The notes beneath the pieces were generated by a model. That model was not told the origin of the DNA and did no database searches. It saw only the letters and a list, made by a program, of their open reading frames with translations. Position numbers and translations under genes: made by a program. From Pirellulales bacterium (GTDB lineage Bacteria; Planctomycetota; Planctomycetia; Pirellulales; JALHPA01), in NCBI GenBank assembly GCA_041736895.1, contig JBGSSS010000210.1, positions 7,169 through 71,168 of the forward strand: a DNA stretch of 64,000 nucleotides, in the 5' to 3' direction. Shown here one piece after another: positions 31,418-40,100 of the stretch (positions within the stretch are counted from its first letter, which is position 1; each line of letters starts with the position of its first letter).

Positions 31418-32700
31418 TTCCCAATGCAATAGATCGCTTCGTTCGACCGCAGAAATAACTCGCCGTTGCTGACTGCCGGACTCGCATTGCAGTCGCTGGT
31501 GTCGTCGCCGAGTTTGTTGGTGTGGAGAATCTTAAACTTGTCGCCGAGTTCATAGACGAATGTCCCGCTGTTGCGGCTCACGGCGTAGAGTTTGTCGCCG
31601 ATCAGCGAGACCGACGCGTAGAACGGCCGCCCGCGGAGGCCGCCGCTGCCGGAGCCCATGCGTTCTTTGTAGATCGACTCGCCCGTCTTGGCATCGACCG
31701 CGCAGGCGAGGCCCGCGTCGCTGACCCAGTACAGCCGGCCGTCGTGATAGACGGGTGTCGGAACATAGCTGCCGTTCCGGACGGACCAGAGGACGTTCGT
31801 TTTGGTGACGTCGCCTTTGCCGCCGACTTTCACCGCGGTCGTGCCAGCCGGACGTCCGCCGGTGACGTAGACAGTGTCGCCGTGCGCGATGGCGCTTGGC
31901 GAGGCGTTCCCCTCGACGTTGGTCTTGGCGTACCAGATCAACTTGCCCGTCTTGGGATTCATCCCCCAGACTTCGCCCGGAACCGAGACGATCATCTCGG
32001 TCTTCTCGGCGGTCTTGACCAGGATTGGCGTCGAGTAGGTCAGGTGCAGCGTATCGGCGGGCGACTTCCATTTGATCTCGCCAGTCAGCTTATCGAGACC
32101 GTAGATCGTCCGGCTTTCGATCGCCGCGTTGACGATGACGAGGTCCTCGAACAAGATCGGGCTCGCGCCGGAACCCCAGCGCGGCTGGCTCGTGCCGGTG
32201 CCGACGGAGGTCTCCCAGAGTTTCTTGCCGTTCAAGTCATACGCCAGGACGCCGCTCTTGCCGTAGAAGACATAGACGCGTTCGCCATCGCTCGTCGGTG
32301 TGCTGCTCGCGTAGCCGTGATCGTTGATGAAGCCTTCGGCTGGGTCTTCGGGCAGAATGGCTTTGACCTTTTGCTCCCATTGGATCGCGCCGGTCTTGCG
32401 GTCGAGGCAAATCAGCGAGCGTTCCAACTTGCTCGGCGACCCGCCGCTCGCGGAGTAGCCAATGAAGCTGGTCACGAACACGCGATCGCCCACGACGATG
32501 GGACTCGACGTGCCGGGGCCGGGCAGGGGGGTCTTCCAGCGCAGGTTTTCCGTCGCGCTCCAGGTTTCGGGCACGATTTCCGAACTGATTCCGCCGCCAT
32601 CCGAACCGCGAAACCGCACCCAATCCGCGGCCACTAGAGTGGTGAAGCCCAAGGAAAGAAAAGTGCCAAGCACGACGGCCCGGGCAAATGTAAGTCGCAT
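31414..32700 (-). CDS. PQQ-like beta-propeller repeat protein
   Basis: Signal peptide, then DWVRFRGSDGGGIS...WKTPLPGPGTSSPIVVGDRVFVTS and repeated blade motifs (G.LYAV, DG.LYWVS). Confidence 0.85.
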   Translation of the reverse strand: MRLTFARAVVLGTFLSLGFTTLVAADWVRFRGSDGGGISSEIVPETWSATENLRWKTPLPGPGTSSPIVVGDRVFVTSFIGYSASGGSPSKLERSLICLDRKTGAIQWEQKVKAILPEDPAEGFINDHGYASSTPTSDGERVYVFYGKSGVLAYDLNGKKLWETSVGTGTSQPRWGSGASPILFEDLVIVNAAIESRTIYGLDKLTGEIKWKSPADTLHLTYSTPILVKTAEKTEMIVSVPGEVWGMNPKTGKLIWYAKTNVEGNASPSAIAHGDTVYVTGGRPAGTTAVKVGGKGDVTKTNVLWSVRNGSYVPTPVYHDGRLYWVSDAGLACAVDAKTGESIYKERMGSGSGGLRGRPFYASVSLIGDKLYAVSRNSGTFVYELGDKFKILHTNKLGDDTSDCNASPAVSNGELFLRSNEAIYCIGK

Positions 32701-32828
32701 ATTAGAAAGATGTTAAGGTGATAAGTCCGGTCAAGAAAAGAGCCGCCGCGCGCAAACCATGGGCCGGGTTTCCGCGTAGAGGTTAGCAATGAAACCCCGG
32801 ATGAGCGGGGAAGTATCGCCCCTCACAT

Positions 32829-32905
32829 GTAGCCAAGGTCGTGAGACCTTGGATATGCAGACTAGGTCCAGAGGTTATCATCTGAAGTCTCACGACTTCA
32901 GCTAC
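32829..32905. repeat. REPIN-like inverted doublet of GTAG-headed hairpins
   Basis: GTAGCCAAGGTCGTGAGACCTTGG (32829-32852) and CTGAAGTCTCACGACTTCAGCTAC (32882-32905), heads pointing outward. Confidence 0.6.
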
Positions 32906-32928
32906 AAATCACTTACAAGCGACAACAC

Positions 32929-33465
32929 ATGTCCACGGAACTCGCAACTTTCGGCGGCGGATGTTTTTGGTGCATCGAGGCGGTCTTCGAACAACTGCGC
33001 GGCGTCAGTAAAGTCGAGTCCGGCTATGCCGGCGGCGCTTCTGAGAAGACGACCTACCGCGATGTCTGCAACGGTAACACGGGCCACGCCGAAGTGATTC
33101 AGGTCACGTTCGACCCCGCGGTGATTCCGTACCGCGACCTCCTGCAGATATTCTTCGGCATGCACGACCCGACGACGCTCAACCGCCAAGGTGCCGACGT
33201 CGGCACACAATATCGCTCGGCGATATTCACGCACTCGCCGGAGCAAGACAAGACCGCACGCGAAGTGATTGCCGAACTCAACAGCCAGCAACTGTGGGAA
33301 AAGCCGATCGTCACCGAAGTGACACCGCTGACGACGTACTGTCCGGCCGAAGATTATCATCAAGGCTACTTCCGCAACAATCCCGAGCAGGGGTATTGCC
33401 TGGCGGTGATCCCGCCGAAGCTGGCGAAGCTGCGGTCGAAGTACGGCAAGTGGGTGCAGGAATAA
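32929..33465 (+). CDS. msrA: peptide-methionine (S)-S-oxide reductase
   Basis: ATFGGGCFWCIEAVF active-site motif; GHAEVIQVTFDP; DYHQGYF. Confidence 0.95.
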   Translation: MSTELATFGGGCFWCIEAVFEQLRGVSKVESGYAGGASEKTTYRDVCNGNTGHAEVIQVTFDPAVIPYRDLLQIFFGMHDPTTLNRQGADVGTQYRSAIFTHSPEQDKTAREVIAELNSQQLWEKPIVTEVTPLTTYCPAEDYHQGYFRNNPEQGYCLAVIPPKLAKLRSKYGKWVQE

Positions 33466-33490
33466 ATCGCGAGAATCATCGAATCACGAG

Positions 33491-33517
33491 CAAAGCCCAG
33501 GGGTTCACCCCCTGGGA
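33491..33517 (+). repeat. CAAAGCCCAGGGG-N4-CCCCTGGGA palindromic repeat
   Basis: CAAAGCCCAGGGGTTCACCCCCTGGGA, between msrA and the hydrolase gene. Confidence 0.7.
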
Positions 33518-33586
33518 GCATTCTGGGCATGCAGCAACTCTCCTTTTCACGCACTCTCCCCCCGGTCATTGACCGGGGGCTAATTT

Positions 33587-34468
33587 ATGTCCAACGACAT
33601 CGCCGCTACTCCCCAACGTCCCAGTAAATGGAAGCGCTGGCTGCGGGGGCTGCTCTGCATCTACCTGGTCTACATGGGACTGATGTACTTCTTTCAGCGG
33701 TCGCTCATTTTCCCGGGGCAGTATCGCGCTGCCGAGCCGCCACTGCGCTTAAGCGATGGAATGGAGCAGCTCTGGATCGAAAACGACGGAGCCAAGGTCG
33801 AAGTCTTGCTCCTCGCGCCGCTGAAGACAGAGGATCAAGCCACAAGTGCCGGCGTGAAACCAGCTCCGGCGAAACATCCGGCCATCATCTACACGCACGG
33901 CAACGGCGAGCAGATCGATGATTGGCTGACTGAACTGCGGCCGTATCGCGAGTGGGGCTGTTATGTGGTCCTCGTTGAATACCCCGGTTATGGCCGATCA
34001 ACAGGCAAGCCTAGCGAAGCGGCGATTGCCGACATCGTGACGCGCGTTTATGACGAATTGCTCAAGCGGCCGGACATCGACTCGACCCGGATCGTCGCGC
34101 ATGGGCGATCGCTAGGCGGCGGCGCGGCGTGTTTGCTCGCCGCGCGGCGGCCCGTTGCCGCGCTCGTTCTCGAATCGACATTCACGAGCGTTCGCTCGAT
34201 GGCGGGGCGCTATGGGTTGCCCGGGTACTTTTGCAGTGACCCGTTCGACAATTTGCAGGTCGTCAACGAGTGGCAGAAACCGTTGCTGATCTTTCACGGG
34301 ACGAAGGACCGGGTTATCCCGTTTTCGCATGGCGAAGCGCTGGCCAAGGCGAATCCCAAGGCCGAGTTCATTCCTTGGAAAGACGCCGACCACAACGATT
34401 TCCCGCCGGCGATTAGTCGCAGTTGGCCCGCGGTGCGGGTGTTCTTGGAGAAGGCGGGAGTCTTGTAG
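33587..34468 (+). CDS. alpha/beta hydrolase
   Basis: N-terminal TM; IIYTHGNGEQIDDW; nucleophile elbow GRSLGGG; C-terminal DHNDF. Confidence 0.8.
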   Translation: MSNDIAATPQRPSKWKRWLRGLLCIYLVYMGLMYFFQRSLIFPGQYRAAEPPLRLSDGMEQLWIENDGAKVEVLLLAPLKTEDQATSAGVKPAPAKHPAIIYTHGNGEQIDDWLTELRPYREWGCYVVLVEYPGYGRSTGKPSEAAIADIVTRVYDELLKRPDIDSTRIVAHGRSLGGGAACLLAARRPVAALVLESTFTSVRSMAGRYGLPGYFCSDPFDNLQVVNEWQKPLLIFHGTKDRVIPFSHGEALAKANPKAEFIPWKDADHNDFPPAISRSWPAVRVFLEKAGVL

Positions 34469-34488
34469 CTCGAAGCCATGCTTCGAGC
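34465..34488 (+). repeat. GTAG-headed REP-like hairpin
   Basis: GTAGCTCGAAGCCATGCTTCGAGC. The TAG at 34466-34468 is the stop codon of the alpha/beta hydrolase gene. Confidence 0.6.
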
Positions 34489-34532
34489 GTTATTTGCTAA
34501 GTCAGTCATCGAGTAAAGCAGAGACACACAAA

Positions 34533-34711
34533 GTAGCCAACTTGATCTGCAAGTTGGAACTCGCTGAGTGCCATTTCAAGTTCATGCACTATTTGCGAGC
34601 GGCGCATCTTTCCTTCTCGCGGGGCGAGAGGTCCACTTTGAATAGCTAACACTCGATTCAATGCGTCTTGGCCGCGCAGCGGTCTTCCAACTTGCAGAGC
34701 AAGTTGGCTAC
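34533..34711. repeat. REPIN-like inverted pair of the RAYT-flank REP type
   Basis: GTAGCCAACTTGATCTGCAAGTTGG (34533-34557) and CCAACTTGCAGAGCAAGTTGGCTAC (34687-34711). Same stem as the REP at 14890-14915. Confidence 0.65.
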
Positions 34712-34718
34712 TCTTTTC

Positions 34719-34742
34719 GCTCGAAGCATGGCTTCGAGCTAC
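34719..34742 (-). repeat. GTAG-headed REP-like hairpin
   Basis: GCTCGAAGCATGGCTTCGAGCTAC. Contains the TAG stop (34739-34741) of the enoyl-CoA hydratase gene. Near-identical to 31394-31417, including the preceding CTCTTTTC. Confidence 0.6.
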
Positions 34743-35518
34743 GGCCAAACCGGCGGTCGTTTTTCGATAAAGGCCCGCAGCCCCTCGGCTGCGCTTTCGG
34801 TCGTGCGTGCCGCGGCGCTCACCGCTGCGCCAGCGGACAATTGCATCGACAGTTCTTCGCCGATCATTTCATTCAGCATTCGCTTGCTCATCAAGAGCGC
34901 CTCGGGCGCGTTGAGCGCGATCTCTTCGGCAATCAGCGTGGCCCGCGCCCAGAGCAGATCGTTGCTGACCAGCTCGTGAACCAATCCGATGCGAAACGCT
35001 TGATCGCCATCAATCACTCGGCCAGTTAGCAACAGCGGTGCGGCTTGGCCGGCGCCGATTCGAAACGCCAAGAGCGGACTGACGATCCCCGCGACAACGC
35101 CGCGGCGCGGCTCGGGCAAGCCGAACTGTGACTCGCTCGACGCGATCACGATGTCGCAGGCCAACATGAGCCCCAGCCCGCCAGCCACGGCGGGGCCGTT
35201 GACCGCGGCGATCAGTGGTTTGGGAAACCGGAGCATCATTTCGAGCAAATCGCGGTAGATTTCAGCATCTTCTTGGAGACGTTCCTGGGCATCTTCGCCC
35301 GTGCCGGCGGCTTGCATCTCGGCCAGGTCCATGCCGGCGCAGAACGCGCTGCCAGCGCCGGTGATGACCACGGCGCGGACCGGCTTCTCGCGATGAAGCG
35401 TGCGCAGGGCACCTTCGAAATCGGCGAGCAACTCGCGGCTCAGCGCGTTGCGCTTCTCGGGCCGATTCAGGACAATCGTGCCGGCGTGCTGGTGCGCCAT
35501 GATTTTGACAAGGGACAT
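34739..35518 (-). CDS. enoyl-CoA hydratase/isomerase family protein
   Basis: IVLNRPEKRNALS...VVITGAGSAFCAGMDL...AAVNGPAVAGGLGLMLACD crotonase motifs. Confidence 0.9.
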   Translation of the reverse strand: MSLVKIMAHQHAGTIVLNRPEKRNALSRELLADFEGALRTLHREKPVRAVVITGAGSAFCAGMDLAEMQAAGTGEDAQERLQEDAEIYRDLLEMMLRFPKPLIAAVNGPAVAGGLGLMLACDIVIASSESQFGLPEPRRGVVAGIVSPLLAFRIGAGQAAPLLLTGRVIDGDQAFRIGLVHELVSNDLLWARATLIAEEIALNAPEALLMSKRMLNEMIGEELSMQLSAGAAVSAAARTTESAAEGLRAFIEKRPPVWP

Positions 35519-35706
35519 GCAAAGCTCGCGTGCGAAGTGATCACGGATCGGACGGATGACACGGATTTTAACAGATTTTACTCAATGCGAAGCCCGAGCG
35601 TCCACGCCGAGCCCTTCAGCACGCCGGGCGTGGACGCTCCGGCTAAGCGGTTCGCTATGCGAAGCATTACTAAATGACTCCCTGGCTTACGCCGCGGGCT
35701 TCCAAC

Positions 35707-35740
35707 AAAAAAAGCCCCGCGATCAGCGCGGGGCTTTTTT
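35707..35740. terminator. bidirectional Rho-independent terminator
   Basis: AAAAAAA-GCCCCGCG-ATCAG-CGCGGGGC-TTTTTT, 26 nt downstream of the histone-like gene stop. Confidence 0.85.
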
Positions 35741-35765
35741 ACTTCTATTCCTTGCAACGCACAAC

Positions 35766-36266
35766 TTACTTCTTCTTCGCCTTCTTCACCGGCTTGGCTT
35801 TCGGGGCTGGCTTTTTTGGCGCTGCCTTTTTCGGGGCGGCCTTCTTGACTGGCGTCGGTTTCTTCATCGCGGCTTTCTTGGCGACGGGCTTCACGGCCTT
35901 GGTCAGTTCGGGCTTCTTGCTCATCGCGCCCGATTTGGTCGTGCCGGCTTTGGCATTGTGGGCGACGCTGCCGACAGAGCTGGTGATCGGCGAGCCGTGC
36001 GCGCTGCCGGGGGTCGGAATCGGGATGGGCATGCCTGGGAGTTGTATGCCTGGCGTTGGATCGACCTTGGTTCCTTCGTGGACGGCCATCTCGGAGGCGT
36101 ATTTTTTGGCCTCAACTTCGGCCTTGCTACGGCGCTTGATGTCCATTCCATGCGCTCGTTTGAATGTCTGAATGTCCTTGAACGTGCCATCGGCTTTACG
36201 GACGGCGTAGAGCTTGGTCCCTTTGCTGGTTCGGAGCGTTGTGCGTTGTGCTTTTTTCTTGGCCAT
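35766..36266 (-). CDS. lysine/alanine/proline-rich histone-H1-like protein (putative nucleoid-associated)
   Basis: ATG at 36266. N-terminus MAKKKAQRTTLRTSKGTKLYAVRKADGTFKDIQTFKRAH. C-terminal tail KKPELTKAVKPVAKKAAMKKPTPVKKAAPKKAAPKKPAPKAKPVKKAKKK. Followed by a perfect terminator. Confidence 0.65.
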   Translation of the reverse strand: MAKKKAQRTTLRTSKGTKLYAVRKADGTFKDIQTFKRAHGMDIKRRSKAEVEAKKYASEMAVHEGTKVDPTPGIQLPGMPIPIPTPGSAHGSPITSSVGSVAHNAKAGTTKSGAMSKKPELTKAVKPVAKKAAMKKPTPVKKAAPKKAAPKKPAPKAKPVKKAKKK

Positions 36267-36690
36267 GTGCCGATGTTCTCGCGAAAAATTCGACGCGCGC
36301 GGCGTCCTGAAACGTCCTACGACCGTGGCGGAATCGCTCCCTCGGCTTCCGCCCGAACGGCTGACGAAATGCCGTCCGTCAAACTTGTCGTAGGTTGTAC
36401 TCTCCGCCGGAACAGCTAGCAACGGTTTTTGGAGTGGGAGGGGTGATTTTTGCGAAAAAGGCAGGAAATCCATAATGCGGCGGCCACTCGTGGGACGCAG
36501 AGGAATTGGCAGTTTTATAAAAATCCAGTTTTTTCACGGACGAATCCGTGCGCTTGGCAAGGTTTCAGCGTTTCCCTCTCTAAGGTCTGCTATTCAAAAC
36601 TCAACGGCTTGAGTTGTGTCCGCGGCAAGGATTAACAGACCGAGGCCATTTTTCCACAATCATTCTCATTTCCACAAAGGTTCATTTCCC

Positions 36691-37104
36691 ATGTTTCTCA
36701 AGAAAATCATCGCGTCTTTCTGCATGCTGATTGTTGTTGGTGGCGTGGCTTCACTCGCTCAGGCGCAGCATTATTATGCTGTACCGCAGCCGTTGGGCAT
36801 GCACCAAGTTCACCACATGGTTGCCCCACAACAAGTCTCCGGTAGTGGGATGACCGTCCTCAGTAACGGCAGTACGTATTCCGGCAACTATGGCTATCCA
36901 GGAGGTTCGAGTTTTCCGGGAAACCCTGTTCCGACGGGCAGTTTCCTCGGAGGCGGGACACTGTCGGGATCGTGGAATGGTCCGTTCAACCCCAACAACC
37001 AATATCACGGGTCGATCAATTCCCAAGGGATTCATTGGGGCTACAACAACCCACTGACTGGACGCGGAGCCGAGATTTACTTCAAGCCGAAGAAAGGTCC
37101 GTGA
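36691..37104 (+). CDS. small secreted Gly/Pro/Asn-rich protein
   Basis: MFLKKIIASFCMLIVVGGVASLAQA signal peptide at ATG 36691. Low-complexity mature part. Confidence 0.5.
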   Translation: MFLKKIIASFCMLIVVGGVASLAQAQHYYAVPQPLGMHQVHHMVAPQQVSGSGMTVLSNGSTYSGNYGYPGGSSFPGNPVPTGSFLGGGTLSGSWNGPFNPNNQYHGSINSQGIHWGYNNPLTGRGAEIYFKPKKGP

Positions 37105-37194
37105 CATTAGAAAGTGTCGCCGCGCGGAGTGAACTCCGCGCGGCGACGTTATTTTTAGTGGTCCATGCTTTTATCGCGTGGGTTAAAACCCATG

Positions 37195-40100
37195 TTACTG
37201 ACTCACCGCCCGTCGGCTGCTCAGATTCCGCGCCGGGGGCGTGCCGAGGTACTGGAACAGGTCCGCGATCTCTTCGAGTGTCAGCGTGTTGAGCAACCCC
37301 GCTGGCATCGCCGAGATCTTGCTCGGTTGGAGCGTGTCGATTTGGTCCTTGGCGATCGGCATCTTTTGGCCGGTGCTCGTCAGGACGACGATGCTTCCGT
37401 CGGGCTGCGGCGAGACGAGGCCGTTGATCGTGCGGCCGTCTTGCAGTTGCACGATCTGGCTCGCGTACTGATCCGAGATCGTCTGCGAGGGGTGCAGGAT
37501 CGATTCGAGGATTTCCTTCTTTTGGAAACGCTTGCTCACGGTGCTTAGGTCTGGCCCGATCCCTTCGCCGCGATCGCCGTAGCGATGGCAGTCGGCGCAC
37601 TTGGCCTTGGCAAAGAGTTTCTCGCCGCGCGTGGCGTCGCCGTGCGCGCCTTCGGGGCTAGCGAGGAACGTCGCCAACTCGTCGAGCGTCCATTTGGCCG
37701 TCGCGTCATCGATCGGCAGTTTCGCCGCCGGCTCGTTCGGATACGTCGTCGCGAACCAGTTTTGCCACTTGCCGAGTGTCGCCATGACGGGTTCGCCCGC
37801 TGCGTTGACCGATTGGCCGGTCCAGCGTTCGAGCAAGGCAATCGCCGGCCGCCCGCCGCTCTCGCCGAGACGGAGGCCGCGGAGGATGACCTGGCGAATC
37901 GCTTCCGGTTTTTCCGGCTTACGATCGACGCCGGCGAGCTTGATGAGGACTTCTTGCGCGAAGAGACCTTCGACGCTGCCGATCGATTGCACCAGCAGCG
38001 GCCAGTTCTCGCCCGAAGGCTTTTGGGCCAACGACATCGCGATGTAACCGCGGCGATTCGGGTCGCGCTCGTAAACTTCGCGGAGGTAGGCCTGTGCCTT
38101 GGCGTCGGGACAGCGGCCCATGATGGCGATGATACCGATGCCAAGTTTCTTGGCCGCTTCGCCTTCGGTGGCGGGCAAGCGGCGATCAAGGGCGATAATT
38201 TGCTCGAGCAGTTCGTCGTTCAATTGCGGCGGCAACTTGGCAAGGACCGACAATGCGCTCGATGGCCACTTCGTCCCTTCGGCGAGGACCATCTGGCGTT
38301 CGCTTTCGCTGAGACCGACGAAGAAATCGCGCGAGACGTTTTCGATATAGCCCTGGTAGCTGTGGCCTCCTTCGAGGGTCCGTGCGAATTCCAGGTACGT
38401 CAGCAACTCTAACTTCTGCGGCGTCGTCCAGGCGGTCAGGAACCGCGCATGGAGAGCGACGTGCAACTTTTCTTCATGCGGCGCATTGCCGCGGAGTTGT
38501 TCTAGGAACAATTCGGTCGCGCGGGGCTCTTGCAGGTACGCCATTAGCCGGACCAACTCGCGATTCATGCGCGAATCCTTGGTCGGATACTCGTCGGCGA
38601 TCTTTGCGCGGAGTCCGGCGACTTCTTCAGGGGCGATCTTGCCTTGGGCAAGCGCTAGCTCACTGAGCCGCAACACGCTAAGGAAATCAGCATCGTTCAA
38701 AAAACCCCCGAGCAAGCGCAGGTTGCGATTCAAAATGGCCATACAGGTAGCCTTTTCCGGCGCTACACGAATCAGTGCCAGTCCTCCTTGCAGGAACACG
38801 CGCGTATTTTCGTGTTTTAGGATTGCGTCCTGCCAATCGGCGACGGGCAACGTTTCGAGCACGCGCGTCGCAGCCCAGGCGACTTGTGGCGAGGTTGAAT
38901 TCAAGAGCGGCAGCAGATCCTTTAGCGGCGGCAGCACGTCGGCGCGGACCAGCGATTCGCACGCGACTCGCTGGACGTTTGGATCCAGGTCGCGCAGCAA
39001 GCGGAGCAGCTTCGGCTCAAGGCTCGCATCGTAATGAAGGCCCATCAATGCCGCAGCCTTCATTCGGATTTGTTCTTGCGGATCGACGGCCAGCTTCGTG
39101 AGCAGTTCTGGCGTCGGGAACGGGCCCATCAACTGCATCAAGTCGAGCCCGCGCAGCCGGTGTTCCAATTTCGTGTCCGTGCTGAGCACAGCCGCAGGCA
39201 GTTCGGCGTCCCACTGTGCGCCCATCGACTGCCGTACGATCGCACATTGTTGGCGAGCGTAGGCGCTGTCGAATTGCGGCTGTTTGAGGGCCACTTCGAG
39301 GCCCTTGCCTAGATCGGTCATCGACGGCGGAACTTTGCCGTTCCAAGTCACACGGTAAATCCCGCCGTCCGTCGCGCGGCCGCCAGTGCAGAAATACAGC
39401 CAACCATCGGGTCCGACGGCGAGGTCAGTGATGTTCAGCGGTTTGCCTTCGACAAACGTTTCACCTTCGATCGAGTAGCCGCCGTTGTTTGGCTTGAGTT
39501 TTAGTGCGACGATCCGCCCACGGCCCCAATCGCCCATGAACAACGCGTCATGATATCGGCGCGGGTACATCACATGGTTGTACGTCGCGATGCCGGTCGG
39601 CGAGCCGCGGCCCGTGTCGGCGACGCCGGGAATGCTGTCGTAGTAATACTCTGGCCAGACGGACCAACCGCTGCGCCAGCCGCAATCGCCGCCGGCAAGC
39701 ATCTGGAAGACACGCGTCGGACGATACCACGGCGTGCCAACGTCCCATTCCATGTCGCTGTCGTAAGTGAACAAGTCGCCGTTCCGCGTCCAGACCATGT
39801 CATACGCGTTACGCATCCCGCCCGAGTAGCACTCCAGGAAACTCGCATCGGGATCGGTGCGGAGAATCCGTCCGCCAGGGGCTTTGATGCCCACGGCATG
39901 GCCGCGCGGGTCTTCGTACTTGGGGGTGAGGAGATCGGCATCGTAGTAGTTGCGGTAAGGACTCGATTTGGCGACTTCGCGCTCCGGTTCGGTCTTGTTG
40001 CCGAGCATGATGTAGACCAAGCCATCGGGTCCGAGCGACAGTCCGTGCGGCCCATGCTCGCCCATCTCGCCCTTGAATTTGAGCAAGAGTTCGATCTTCT

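Noticed and set aside
35596-35639. Hairpin GAGCGTCCACGCC-N18-GGCGTGGACGCTC flanked by direct ATGCGAAGC repeats, considered as a mobile-element end
   Set aside because: There is a single copy in the window and no associated transposase or target duplication that I can verify. It is left as an unexplained intergenic hairpin.
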